Assembly (NCBI GenBank): GCA_965644265.1
Contig: OZ286472.1
Location: forward strand, 45,074,001-45,138,000
Reading direction: 5' to 3'
Length of the DNA stretch: 64,000 bases
DNA from: Glycera tridactyla
Lineage: Eukaryota
Positions within the stretch are counted from its first letter, which is position 1. The number at the start of each line of letters is the position of its first letter. Shown piece after piece: positions 37,666 to 51,942 of this stretch. A program made the position numbers and the translations under genes. The notes under the pieces were generated by a model. It was not told the origin of the DNA and ran no database searches. It saw only the letters and a program-made list of their open reading frames with translations.

Positions 37666-40600
37666 ACATGAGTATGGTGAATGCAAATTGGATGACAGGG
37701 ATAATCGCACGTACATATATATTGTGCATAGAAACATGCACGTCGTTACGCTGAGACGAGAGTTTCTATTCATCATCCTACGATTCAATATTTCCCTTGT
37801 TTTTCATATCCGGTGTATTCCACGATTTAGTGTATTGTATTCCAGTAATCCTTCGGTGTTATCCCGCGTTTCTCTGTGCATCACTTGATCAAAGATATGG
37901 TGGCTGATAAATGCACTGCAGTGGAACTGATCTTCCATGGTAGGTAATCAATCGTGCTCAACTACAGTCAAGCCATCAACCAATTTGTGTACTCTGTGTA
38001 ACGTTCACTCACGCTTCCCGCGCTGTTGCTACTGACAGGCGTGAGACTGTTTTATATACTCAGCAGTAGTAACATGTCCCAACCGATGGAGATGAGTTGG
38101 TGCGTGGTGGGGGTGGGGCGGGCTGGAGCGGATGGCAAACAATGCGAGTGCCTATAGAAGCATGTTGCCCCATGTTATCCAGCACTTGTACATCAGTGTT
38201 CCAAGAGTTTGACGCCATATTTAATCATGAGAATTAGGGCCACCCTGGGAAAGTCACAATCATGGCGAAATCGAGGGCACCCTGTTTATCTCTGGCATGA
38301 AGAATGGCATCGAGGAAAGATATATTGCAGCTCATGCTTACTCTTCTGTACCATCTGGTGTATTGCAGACCGTGAGGGTAGGGTGGTCCCTGGCATCCCC
38401 CTTGATCGAATCACTCAATGCTTCGGATCTTTCATCTCCATGCTGTGAATGAATCAGATATGTCTTCGAGAGTGTAATACCAAGAGGCTGGCCCATATTT
38501 AACAAACCAAGAACCCAACAGGTCTCGTATGCTCAAAATTACATTCAGTCAGATCATTCAACCTACAGTAAAATAGTTTGATGTCGTATAAGATTTGGAA
38601 TAGGCAAATAAAACCATAAAATGCTTATCACATACATATGTACTCGGAAGACAAATGCTCCGTACTTTATGACCAAGATGCATGACAAACATGTCATATC
38701 TCTGCAGGCGGAATCCGCAACCATATCATCAGGTGATAGATAGATGGAAAAAATATGATATCATCTATCAAATTTCACCAGAAACAACATTCTCTGTTGA
38801 TGAGAGATGGGTATTTTTGTCGGCTTTTCAGCTAGGAAAATTTATCGCATTCGTGGATAGACATCGAGTGATCACCCACAGTCTTCCCAGACATGTTGTG
38901 TATCATAGCATATGTGGTGTTCATACCGGCATCGTCCCAAGCAAGGTTGGCAATGCATTCATTATTCACTCACGTCCTTAGGTATCACACACAAGGGTAC
39001 GTTCGAATGGTGAATGTGAAGAGATGAATAAATATCTCCCATGATAAAAAATCACAGTTGGGACATGCAGTGTCATTATCTCAATGCTCCATCTGGTGAT
39101 ACACGATACTATTCCTCTAATGCAATAACTCCACTATAAAAAAATGTTCCTCGGGGTGCGATGTCTGTATAAATGGAGATCAATCTGAATGAGAATGCAT
39201 CCCTCGTTTGACACATGCACACAGGTGTCTGTTTGCGTTCGGTATCTCGACAAAAACACACACGATAGAATAGCATTGAAAAAATGACGCCGCTGCACTC
39301 TAGATTACGCATCCGAAGCGTGTCATATTAGTATTATCATAGATGACCTCCCTATGTGAGTAGGGCAAACTGTAGTGATACCTCTCCGGGTATCCGAGCA
39401 CGACCCATTGTATCCATGAATACAAACATCCTGCCCCGGGTCAATTTACCTTGCCTAGAGGGTGTAATTATATAATATATACCATCTGCTCATGAATATC
39501 ACTGTACCACGCATCCCTCGGATAACAAATTATATCAGGACATTTTGCCGCCGGTGAACAGCTCCTCGCCATATCTCCTCGTGTCAAGGGTTTTGACATC
39601 GTGATAATCACGGTAGCAGTCAATACTACATTGATCCTCAATTCCACTCGATTGTTACGCAGTGACGCGCATCACTCACACTTAGATGGGTGACCAATGT
39701 CGAGATAGTAGAACATTGTTCAAAAACTCCACCAGTATACAGAAACAATAGGATATCACCTCTAATACAGGAGAAACCTTTGTGCGGAGGTAACTGAGTA
39801 ACAACTTTGAACTCAAGCATTATAATTTACCNNNNNNNNNNNNNNNNNNNNNNNNNNNNNNNNNNNNNNNNNNNNNNNNNNNNNNNNNNNNNNNNNNNNN
39901 NNNNNNNNNNNNNNNNNNNNNNNNNNNNNNNNNNNNNNNNNNNNNNNNNNNNNNNNNNNNNNNNNNNNNNNNNNNNNNNNNNGTTTAGTCCTCAAGAGGT
40001 GTGGAGAGTCAAAAACATGAATGGGCCCACCAACACTTACATGTGCTCGCATGGTGGGTTCATCATGCTGATAACACCAGACCGTGGTCGATACGCCGAT
40101 AACTTAACTGATTTCAACTCCGGCGTCCCTGTGGTTAGTATCAGAGAAGAGAGTCATTGCCACGCAGCGGAGGTAGGGTTACATGTTGTGATTCAGCTGA
40201 GCTCTAATGGAAGTGTGCACACCAGGTATTTGTCAAATCGATTGAAAACAATTCCGCCACGATATACAGGAATCCAGGGAGTCATCCGTACATGTATGCG
40301 TTGCGGAGTGATCGTATTTTACGTTGGATGGCAACGGGGCTTTTCTACAATCCAGCTAAAAAATGTCTTCCCCTTCCCTAGTTCTGGTTCGGCAATAACT
40401 ATCATGATCAACCAATTTCGATGGGGCCGCCAATCGGACATTTTAACTTCAGTCTCTGTCTCATCGTTCACACAGGAATACCTTCTATGATACTTCAGTG
40501 ACATGCATACCATGAAGATATGGATGCACTTTTATCACGGTGTAATTCACCGAATGTTGTGTGCCACATAAACTTGAATCCATATGTCGACAAATGCATT

Positions 40601-41089
40601 CTGTAGAGCCTGGGAACTTGCGCCTGTCTTCCATGTTTCTCATCGAGGTTATTCGACGGATGATCTCTGCATAAATCATTCTTCTGAAATATCAATTTTT
40701 GAGGTCGCATCAGTTTGTTCCGAAGAATCTCAGACAAGGTAAGAATGACCTGTCAATCTTTCAAACAATTAGCCTTCGAACTGATCCATCCATTATGCAT
40801 GCCAATGCACACGATTTCACCTGACGACATTGGATTTCCGAGGTGCATAGAATGTACACTCGATCAGTGTAGGGAGTATAATCTACATGTTTTTCTAGGC
40901 GTAGGGGGGCCTTGGTGCTCGACATGACTGCATGGTGCCAATCCCGTCTGTCAGAGAGGAATGCTGGATACAGAGGAGAGATGGCGGGTCAGAAGATTTT
41001 TTATGTGATAGTTCTGCATCTGGCCCGACTTGGGGGTGACATATGGTGCATCTCATTATGCTCGCGTATCCTATGGTTGCTATTGAAGA

Positions 41090-41160
41090 GTTTGTTCGTT
41101 TGTTCGTTCGTTTGGGTTTAACGTCACTTCAACCCCCTTGGGTTATATCGGACTGAAAAG
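41090..41160 (-). mobile_element. SINE-like 3' tail with (CGAA/CAAA)n terminal repeats; body lost in the adjacent gap or truncated
   Basis: Minus strand reads cagtccgatataacccaagggggttgaagtgacgttaaacccaaacgaacgaac; homologous to 6682-6742 and 53269-53320. Confidence 0.6.
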
Positions 41161-41301
41161 ACTGANNNNNNNNNNNNNNNNNNNNNNNNNNNNNNNNNNN
41201 NNNNNNNNNNNNNNNNNNNNNNNNNNNNNNNNNNNNNNNNNNNNNNNNNNNNNNNNNNNNNNNNNNNNNNNNNNNNNNNNNNNNNNNNNNNNNNNNNNNN
41301 N

Positions 41302-41455
41302 TGTCATTGTCAACGTCGTCATCGTCGTCGTCGTCGTCATCGTCATCGTCATTGTCATTGTCATTGTCAACGTCATCGTCATTACCACCACTACCACCAC
41401 TACCACCACCACCACCACCACTATCGTCGTCGTCGTCGTCGTCATATCATCCTCG
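41302..41455. repeat. (GTC/ATC/ACC)n microsatellite
   Basis: Direct reading. Confidence 0.95.
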
Positions 41456-43189
41456 CCGTCATCTTCGTTAACAACGGCACCAGTGGTATCATCAACGAGT
41501 GTACGTCCTCGTAATTGGATGTGTATGTCTCAGGTCGGGCATACGTGGTGATGGGGTCGATGTCATAGAAAACGCTTGCTATATTCACGAGGATGTCAGT
41601 CTCCCATCACTGATCCCTGGAACCTGTGTTCCCCATTCATTCCATATATCATTGTCTAAAACGCTTGATCTTGTCTAGCTGCATGTCGGTGGCATAACAC
41701 TGGCACAGTAACTGTGGGTTAATATGTCAAGAGGATACGATTGATGTATTGAGACCTACGATGTTTAGACCGAAAGTTACGCAAACAAAAATGTTTACTT
41801 CGACTCATCTGTCACTTCGCACATTAATTCCACTGCCGTGATAGATAATGTAGACAAGATGACGAACTGTATATTGCCAAACGCAGACTTCGAATATATC
41901 CATGGCTTTTATCTCAGATTGAACAAGTTACTTCTATATCCAGAAAACGCCTATAACATTCCCACGTATATGCAGACACATGGAGTTCGCACACAATCCT
42001 GAGAGACAAATCATTTGTCCTTTCTCTATGTTTGAACTATGGAGTACATCAAAATATGGTATGAACAGGGAAAACATTCATGCCATGTGTATAGCACTCA
42101 GCAAGTTGTTGGGCATCAGTCGAGGTTCTATTGACATGGTTTTCCTCAGTCTGTGGTATTGTGAGGATGTTCTCATGCTTTTAGCTCAACCAGATGTCTG
42201 ACTAATGTGATGATAAACAGCACTGATGGCGTGGAATATGCCCCGCTTCCCTCCCTCTACTCATAAAAATAAACCAGAACAACGGTCGGCTCCATACACA
42301 CCAGCAAGAACCCGTTTTCTTGTGGTAGCAAAGAAGTAGAGGGAATATCTCACCAAATAGATCCTGCGTCTGTGAGAAATTGGATAGGAAATTGTGGATA
42401 TGTATAAAACATGTGGAAGATTGACATCAGGGGTTGACATTGTTCTTGGTGAAAAAGTAAAATGGGAGACTATCTGGCTTCATGGTTCAGGTTGTGGATT
42501 GTTTCATCTGACGAAAAGCTCTGATGTCCATCTCAATAAAATTCCAATTGGATGCTTCAACTCTATAAATGTGAGCACATTGTGCAGGGAACAACTATCA
42601 CATCATTTTCCCCTGTTTTCACTTCATTTTGAATCATACATGAAACGACTGAAAACCTGAAATATTCTGCCTTATGTCTTGTATTCCCTGCTTCACCAGG
42701 GAACAATTCCATCCACATCATGTGAAGTCACGATATCGAGTTTGGGATGTACACCGGAATTCCAACATCGTGTCAGCCATCGTAAGATATCAAATCTGGA
42801 CGTCAAATCGACTACAGTGCCAGTCACCATCAACAGATGTGGCAAAACAAACTCTGACTCCGATATCACCTGACCTTGATCAAAACAGCTCACATATATC
42901 ACGGCGATGTGAAAAGCAGAAATGAGACAGCTCCTTTCATGTAATATGGTACGTTTGTTATAGAGCTAATTACTCTAAAATATTCAGTTGATGCAGAAGC
43001 TGATACTAGCAATGAGCAGTGTGTTATACATACTACTACCTAATGAAAAAGCCGCATTTGTATTGAGTGATTGCTTCGATTTTCGAGGATCTTATAGGCA
43101 GTAATGGAACAATACAACGAGCATTTCATCTCCAATCAGGCGGGTCGGATATGACAAATGCTTATTAAAAAAGCATGCAACAACCTTCA

Positions 43190-43229
43190 TCCTATATCTG
43201 TCTGTCTGGCCGTCCGTCCGTCTACCTAT

Positions 43230-43265
<36 letters not shown>

Positions 43266-43340
43266 TCGCACGGTTGTGAGGCATAGACGAATAGATAATG
43301 AGGCAGTCTATTCAGACATAAGGCCTATTCGATGTATATC
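43190..43340 (+). repeat. (TCTG/TCCG)n tract plus unique tail weakly similar to 50745-50860 (minus); possible GTCY-type element relic
   Basis: cgcacggttgtgaggc...tatatcattccac versus cgtacagttcgcattatgcgcc...tatatcgttcac. Confidence 0.4.
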
Positions 43341-44512
43341 ATTCCACTGACGAAAGCTTTCTTCCTGACGTAAAGACTACTTCAGTGCAACTGCAGTCAT
43401 TTTACATTCGGCGGTGAGAAAAACAGGTGCATGAGTGAATCAATCAGTTAGCGTTATTCCTCACTAGTCCGTTTGACGATCTGTGGAGATTGAACAGACT
43501 AGCGTTAAGTCTCATCAAGATATCTTCTCGATGCATGACCTGCCCATCGATCCTGATGATATTTCCATTAATTGTATAACCATATCATTGGTATTTCAAT
43601 ACTTCAATCAAGTCTGGGAACTACAAGATAAGCAGATCAGCAGATTGTACGCCAAGTCATGTTGATGACTTGGACAATATCCGTGTTTCGCATGACGACA
43701 GATTTATAAGTCGATCCGATGTGCAATATAATATGTGGGAAATTCAGTGTGACATTATGTACAAGAACCACCAAACATATTTAGTTCCGCTAACTCAAGA
43801 GGTTGGAAAACATCGATACGAAATCACAATTTTGGCGACACCCTCAACAAGTCGGACTTTTTTGCCGTACCAACCATCGAAGGATGGTATAGATAAATAA
43901 TCCGGCTCGCCTTCTTCTTTGCACTGCCAACAACAGATTTAATTTGGCTCGAAAAAAAATTTAGCCTCCAGGATAGTGCCTAACAATATATATATAGGGG
44001 CCATAACGTCATCGTTGCAATGCCTGAAGAGGCAGCCTGTGGACCGGCGGTCATTTTATCGGTCTACACCGAACCTATGTTTATTCGACTCAGACTGTTT
44101 TCTTCCATTGTTTGTAGTGAACGTGTCCTATCAAAATATCATTCGAGATCTCAGAAAATGTGGACAATGGTAATATTATACAATGTCTATACATTGATAT
44201 CACACGTTGCTTTGCTGGGTGTCCATTGTCGTCATGACTGATAAGAAATACTGACCCGCGGCACCAGATGAGTAGTGCAATGCACCTTCGGAATATCTCA
44301 ATACATGCTCTTTACGCCACTATCTTCTGGTCAGTTACTGAAGGTAATTCCAAATGACCCACGAACGGGGTATGTGACAGTGCACGCAGGAGACCTATAT
44401 TTTGTATCGCATGTCAGGTCTGTTTCATTTCAGAGAGTAGGAATATAGCATGATCTTGAACTAGGATGGCATCCACGGAAGTACAACAGAACCACCCTGG
44501 AATTTCATATCA

Positions 44513-44660
44513 CCCTGTCCCAGATGACTCTGACATCCAACTGTGGCTTTCTGGTGCCTTGGGACAATAATTTGTAGTCGCGGCATCATATTACACGAGT
44601 GAGTAAGAGATATTTCGAGACCAACACTATGGAAACAAACCTAGACATGATATTTGGGCA
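44513..44660 (+). repeat. Diverged direct repeat, copy 1 (partner at 48245-48395)
   Basis: tgtggctt(t/c)ctggtgcctt(g/c)ggacaat...gtgagtaagagatat...accaacactatggaaa shared. Confidence 0.8.
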
Positions 44661-46841
44661 TGAACTCCACTGTAAAAATCTTGAAATGTTTCTTAAACTT
44701 GTTTGAATGATTGCCACCATCATGATGACAACGACAGTTGATGACTTTTGATACCTCTTTGGGTATGTAACCTGATTCCCAGATATGTGCTTCATGGAAC
44801 CCATCACACGGTGAACAATGAAAAAAGTTGGCGCCATATTTATTCTATAAACAATTTCAGATCTAAGACAGTGCCAATGTATACTGATGAATATCGAATG
44901 GTGTCCTTGTTAAGAGCGATCAGACCAAAGCTCTCTAGAGCGGGACTTCTTCGAAGATGTTCAGATTATTTACTACTGAGTGGCCAACCTAATGTCATCT
45001 GAGACATTGTTCATATTTATCTCAGCTGTCAGGCACTGAATATTTTGAGAAGATACAGTCGTGGATACTCCTGAATATCTTCACCCCCTTAAAATACCTA
45101 AAGAATCGTCTCCATGTGTGCAGTCTGCCAACAAATGCCAAACCATGCCAGAATTGATCACCATTTGATCATAGGCCCTGCTCTTCATTGTCTAACAATA
45201 GATATTAACAGCGATTGAGTGAGATGCCTACCTGTATGTGACACCAAGTGGAAATCATTTTAAATGATTGTTTCTCCTTCTTTGCTAAATGGCTGATACT
45301 TAAGTTCACTCAGAACCTATGATACAGATAGGCATAGCCTTTCATACTGTTTGAATTATCGGTCCTTACAATTATTTCTCAGTAAAAAAAGTGACTCTGC
45401 ACTGGCTGGGAATCAAGTGTATGAGGTATACGATAGAATGTTCGTACTTTGTAAGACACATGATGAACGTGGGCACTCATCAAGTAGGATATTCCAAATT
45501 GATCACAGAAAAGTACTTCAGATTTTCCACTTTATATATTCCACATTCACTCGAATTTCTATGATATCGACAGAAATAGGAAGTGCCAGTGTCACCTTGT
45601 GCCAATACAGTGAAATATACCCTGATGAAAACTTCTGGGAAGAATTGATGATATACTGTACAGTCAAGAAGTAGAGTTATTGTACTTCAGAGTCAGATCT
45701 ATGAGGCAAGTGTTTGTAAACATTCATTTGCATGATATTGAAATATCTCCGTTGTCAATGGTTAAAATGTCCCTGAATATATCGTTACTGGTAAAGAGCT
45801 AAAACTAGCCCGCCCACCCGGGATTGTTTATTGACATCCCGCTTAGACTGGATCCAGTGATGATCACGACAAAAATATTCATTTTTATACATCAAGCTTA
45901 CGATTTTTGGAAATCACCCGGCATCGGATAACCTACTGGAGACAATGTCTCTGCAACGTTCTGGTGAGGTGCTAGTCAGGTGATTCGTTCTGAAGTCGAC
46001 CAGGTCAAAACACAACCTAGTTAACAATATCAGTACCACACTGTGACGACGTTTTTGCCTTAGGACAAAACAGTACATCATGTAAGAGACATTATCGTTA
46101 ACCACGTTCTTTCTGTTGGTCGGGCATTATCCTTATCCAACACTCTCAATATAATTTATGTGCGTGTTTTGTAATTCTGCTGTACTTTATTGACATAGAA
46201 ACAGGCCCAGGATGAGTGTTGGCATGGGACACGGCTCAAACCAGACTCTGTTCTCTAAGAAATGTACTCTTTTTCCAAATCATGTCACAATCAACTAATT
46301 TCGGGTCCAATTAAATTTTGACTCGAGGGCTTCACCTAACATGACAGGATTTCTTCGCACAATACATATTCGTTAGGTTCTGTATTTTTGAATAACGAAA
46401 GAAGACAGACGGAACTGGGACAATTCTGACGCCCGCTTTCATTGACGCATACCGGTGTTTACGTAATCTCAGCGTATGGAGGACTACATAGTTTCGTGGG
46501 TGGGTATACATGAATAGTGCATATGACTCATCCTGTTTACCTGGATGTGTTTGACACGCACTGAAAATGCGAATCCGACCTACATTTGTAAATACATATA
46601 TGTGTAAGGCGTTGGTGAAGACAAACTTTCCACACAAATACACGGATTTCACCTGCAATGGATGGGACCTAATTCCACATAGTTGGACTTGTATAAATCA
46701 TTTCAGGCCAGTATTAGTCGAAGAAGGGATTTTTCGAAATATTTTTTTTTCAGATGCAGTATTTCGATGTGCTAGCCATTCCACATCAATTCAGATGCCA
46801 CAATTATGGTGCAATGCCCCCCTCCCCCCCCCCCCCCCCAT

Positions 46842-47508
46842 GGTGTTTCATAATTTGGACTTTTTCTCGGATCAACATTTTTGTGGACAAGTTCATCCCC
46901 AATATGAGATAAGTCGACAGAAAACAAATCAGCCAAATCAGTTTACGTTCAGACCAACCCCCCTCCACCATATGTGTGAGACATGCCAAAACTCCCAAAA
47001 TTTGCGATTTTTCGTACATTTTCGGACTTTTATTTCTGATCAAAACCTGTGTTTGATCTAAGGTCGGTTCTCATGACACTTGGAGATAATATTTCTCGTG
47101 AATGGTACTGTTGTATATCTGAAATTGGGGTGAAAATGGTTCAAAATTGGCAATTTTCATCACATTTTCGGACTCTTATTCCTGTTACTGTCATGATTCA
47201 GGTATTAGAACCTGTGTTTAATCTCAGGTTGATCCCCATTGCACTTGGAAATTACATTTCTGATGAATGGTACTGTTGCAAATGTGAAATTGGGGTCAAA
47301 ATGGTGATTTTCGTTTCATTTTTGGACTCCTATTCCTAGTACTCTCATGGTTTAGGGGTCCAAATATGCTATCAATCTCAGGATGGTTCCAGTGGCACTC
47401 CAGCTGGTATTTTCTGATGAATGGTACTGTTGCATATGTGAAATTTGGGTAATTATTCGAAAAGATGGTCAAACATCCTCGGAGACCTCTCCAAATTATG
47501 AGATAACC
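46842..47508. mobile_element. IR-bounded non-autonomous element with three internal ~155-165-bp tandem units
   Basis: Left GGTGTTTCATAATTTGGA (46842-46859); reverse complement of right end GGTTATCTCATAATTTGGA (47490-47508); GAATGGTACTGTTG recurs near 47100, 47265 and 47420. Confidence 0.55.
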
Positions 47509-47520
47509 CCCCCCCCCCCC

Positions 47521-47859
47521 TAGGCTCCCTCTAGCAAGAAAAACCTTTTAGCAAGTGATTTTAGCAAAATGAAAATAATTCTAGCGATCCAGAAAGCACT
47601 ATGCTGGAATGCAATAGCATTTTATTGAATAAGTTCGCCAAAATGGAAAATTATTGGTATTCTCATTCCAAAATGAGTTTCTATGGCATTTCTCTCATGA
47701 AAATAAATGAAATTGATGAAAATTCTATCGAAATAAATCCCAACCACTACCTTTCTGCCACCAGGATTGAAAACTAATTTTAGCAAATTGAAATTTTCTT
47801 CAGCATTTGACCTAACAGATTAGCTATAGCTAAAGCGCTTATCTATAGAGGGAACCCTG
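47521..47859. mobile_element. Putative hAT-like MITE inserted in a poly-C tract
   Basis: TAGG-CTCCCTCTA versus reverse-complemented right end CAGGGTTCCCTCTA; 8-bp flanks CCCCCCCC / CCCCCCAC; subterminal TTTAGC motifs. Confidence 0.45.
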
Positions 47860-48244
47860 CCCCCCACCCCCCCCCCTCCCCGCGGCGCAAAACGAGTATC
47901 TGTATCATATATCTGTCACTGATTACTACTAGATCATTAAAATTATATCTGATTCGGGGAGTGCTCAGAACCTAAGTGGGCATCTCAGATGGAAAGCAGA
48001 GACCGGAAATCAATCTGAATCAATCAGGCCCAGCTCGCATCAATGCGACGAAGTAGGACTTATACCCATTGGTCTGGTCCAAGCCAGCCCTAGTAGCTCT
48101 ACCTTGTGTATATTTCTGTCATGGCGGAAAGAAGGAATACTCTTGGATTTCAACTCTCAACTTGCTTTTGTTCCATCGTTTCGTGACCTAACTTTAAAGT
48201 CATTTACTATGCTTTCAGACAGTGGCGAACTCTATTGTGTTTAT

Positions 48245-48395
48245 AACTGTCACACATCAGTGCCTGCCATCGAAGTGTGGCTTCCTGGTGCCTTCGGACA
48301 ATCATTGTTAGTCGTGACATCATCTTACATAAGTGAGTAAGAGATATCTTGCCACCAACACTATGGAAATGAACCTGAACATGACATTCGGGCGG
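48245..48395 (+). repeat. Diverged direct repeat, copy 2 (partner at 44513-44660)
   Basis: See copy 1. Confidence 0.8.
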
Positions 48396-51000
48396 GAGAT
48401 TTTCAGACGCAAGGCCAACTGCCAAATGTGTTACATGACCTTTCCTCCACCTGATACTTTGCAGCGGACAGTACATTCTATATTTGACAACCCACATCAT
48501 CCACCATAGTGAAAAAGGGAATAGCCATTCTGATGATAATTTTAGGAGTAGGTTTGAAAAATCACAACAGAATCACTGTTCAATGGGGCCTACGAGAATA
48601 CAAATTGGGCATATAAAATCAAGATGGATGAGAATGGGCAAAACAGAGTGGTTTATCAAGACAATTTAAGTTATGTCCCACGCTAAAGATCCGAGGAATT
48701 TTGTGAAAGAATATAGATAAGACGCAATTTGTGACGGGACAACTCTTTTGGAAATTGTGAGAAATCGTGAAATATGACACTCTATTGATTTGTCAGAAAT
48801 TCGAAAATGACTTATCTACAGCTGTACGTATCGACAATGAGCTGATGACAAGCTGCTTACCTGCAACAGAAAAAAAATGATATCGTTAATAGAGCATAAA
48901 AACCCTGATGTCCATGAGACATAGCAGAAAACCAAATGGTCTTTGAGAAAGTGATGCCTTGGAATATTGATGGCGATCTCCAGATTTCAACTCCACTCTG
49001 GATCTATCATAGAAAATACATCTCACAATTGGAGAGAGAAGTTCGTTGTCGTGGTATGGTTTGCCTAGCTCGACTTTTGATGGATACTATACTGAATCCG
49101 ACGCAACAGCTCTCATCCTATCTCGTATTACTGAAAGTTTTTGCTAAGCTGCTCGCTGCTCATAGGTTTTGAGTAAGCCCTATGTTGACAATAACGAAAC
49201 GGACAACACATCTTTTTGCGCCATTATATGGGTTTGTAGTGTTCTTTCATCAAACTGATTTAGAGAGGCATCGGTCGTTAAATATCCAATCAATGTATTA
49301 CGTTGTGTCCATGATGCATTGAGCCCTGCGATACAAATACAGTATCGAAGTAAACATTTGTTTTATCGAATAATGACTCATGGCCGAAGCACCAATCCTG
49401 AGTTAATATTCTAACAGTCCCTGTGAATCATCAAATCATCAACACAAAGAGACTCTACTTCTTGTGTGTCACAAGCATCATGTCCTCCGATATTTGGCGA
49501 AGTATACATTTTGCCCCATCGATGTAATTGAGAAAGATGACTGATGTTCGACTCCGAATATCGACAATTAGTTATGCCTTGACATGTCGTTGAAATGAGG
49601 AAAGATGGGGACAGAGGTACGTTTTGGGATACCAATAACAATCTATCCACAAAATATGACTAGATCTTCATCACTGTCTCTTACTGAAACACCAAACCAG
49701 GTCCTACAAATCATCAATCCATCCACGGAGAGAATAATGTCTGGAAATACGGGATCAACAAGACAATATGATGAATCAAAGAAACTATATAACACTTCCA
49801 CAATGTTCCTGATGGCATGACAGATCTATTTGTCTGGAATTGTATATCGTGGTATTGGCCATTCATGAAGATTCCCATAGAACATGGCGATATTATTTCA
49901 TATAGTGAGATCCACCATACAAGCATCATATGTTGAATCTAGGCGTCGCTCGTGTGTGGTGGAGGTGTCGAAACCCTATACTCGTACATTGTGGATGAGA
50001 TGTCGTGATTTGGTCTGATATCCGGGTCTGGTCGCCAGATGGGAGTTTTCATCGGAGTAGAGCGAAGTGGGGTCGTTGACCTGTCCAACGTGTGTGACAA
50101 CATGAATGAAGAGCACATAAAGATATTCGAATAGAATATCCACTAGTCACACTTATCCCATGTAGTGTGACTCCGGTATGTCTATGAGGATGAATGTTAC
50201 ACGTGTGTCAGAAATAAAAACTTCGGTGCAATTGCATATCATAAATCTTAGTCGTTTTCAGTATTTCAGAACGAGGAGACTATGGCGTTTCGCTCTGTAT
50301 GTGTGAGTCTCCAAAGTGACGACAGATGGGAACAAGAAAACAGAAGAAAACGGTCAAATATTCATTAGTTGACAAGTGAGACCACCCACACTATGCCATT
50401 ATGCAACATCATACGGAAGGATTTGTCATATTCCGGTACCAGTAATCATCGAATTAGTTTCCGCAAATCCCAATAATAACTTGTGATTCAATTTCAGACT
50501 AAGCTGAAACGATGGACATAATGCATGTTCGAAGGCGCGAAAACGGGGGATACGTATTCTCCGAGTAGACATTGCTACAGAATGAGAGACGAGAGAGCTT
50601 CCAAATGAATCAGTAAAGAGGATGCTTCGAGTGGATTGTGTCGCTATTTGAACCATAGTCGACGCCCCGACCTGATTTCCATCACGGGACTGACAGGTGG
50701 TGGCTGGTACATCCATCAAGTTCAGTCAGTAGTTAGCTACTGTGAACGATATACCAAACAATGCCAAGGGAATTAGGTCGGGGTATACTGTTATACTTGA
50801 TCACAGACAGGCGCATAATGCGAACTGTACGGACGGACAGACAGACAAACAGACAGGCCGATTTAGTCTTCTCCATGTAGAAATCAACAAGTGATGCTAG
50901 TAATTCCCCCACCGGCCTGCTTAGTACGTACATTTTCATAATAACTTGGTTTAGATAGTCATGAAGTGTGTCAAGAATAGTGAGTATGCAGTAATTTATC

Positions 51001-51682
51001 ATCACATCTGTGGAGAGTCATTGTTCATGGAATTCCCAGTTACATGTAACTCCAAACTCAGTTTCTATTCCTTTGCATTGAATCGGCCAGGAACGGATAA
51101 CCTCCATGTATTAGCCACCAAAATTCTTCACATTCTCCCGCACATCGCTCCAACAGTGCATCATCTTCACCCGTGATTCAACAGTTCGCCTTCATCTGCT
51201 CACCGATACATTCTATATCCAATTTCATCATATGCTTCTGATCGATTTTTCTGCATGGCGTGATTTGAGGGCCCCACGACAAACAAATGTCGCCAGATAT
51301 CCCTCAACCCACGCCCCAATGGGGCTAGTCTCAAGCCTGCTGTCTCATTCATCGAATTGCGGAAATGAATTAGCATTATTATTGCGAAATGTTATTATTC
51401 ACTCATTATTAAGCGTATCAGCTGAATTGGTACATCATAAGGGAAGTATCAAATATGTTCGGGAACTGATAATGTCTGGAGACTAGTGATTCAGGGTAAC
51501 ACTTGAATCAGGTGTTTCATGTCAGCAGCCAGTCATTGTCAAGTTCAGGGCCTTGACAGGAATAATTGCTGCAGGTTGCAGTATCTAAACAACAATCGAC
51601 CACAACTCGGATCCTGATACCTAACCGCGAACCCGGCCTTCTTTTCCTTAATGTGGAACCATGACTTCGCTGACAGTGTAAG
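51001..51682 (+). repeat. Old tandem duplication, copy 1 (~0.7 kb)
   Basis: Collinear with 52218-52945: ATCACA(T/C)CTGTGGAGAGTCA start, CAAACAAATGT..CAATGGGGCTAGTCT, TATCAGCTGAATTGGTACATCAT, TTGACAGGAATAATTGCTG blocks. Confidence 0.85.
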
Positions 51683-51824
51683 TTAACATGATCAAAACAG
51701 TGTAGCATGTATGATATGCTCAAATCTCCGAATACGGCGATGAGGCATTTATATCACCTACCATCCCGATTGGAATATTGACGTCGTTGTTTTAGTTAGT
51801 GGTATCAGTTAGAGTCTTGGAGGT

Positions 51825-51942
51825 GGTGATGGTGTTAGCAGCGGCAGTGGTGGTGACGGTGGTGATGGTGATGGTGATGGTGATGATGATGATGACGATC
51901 ATGATGATGATGATGGTGATGGTGGTGGTGGCGAGGGATGCT
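51825..51942. repeat. (GGT/GAT)n microsatellite between the duplicate copies, running into a gap
   Basis: Direct reading. Confidence 0.95.
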
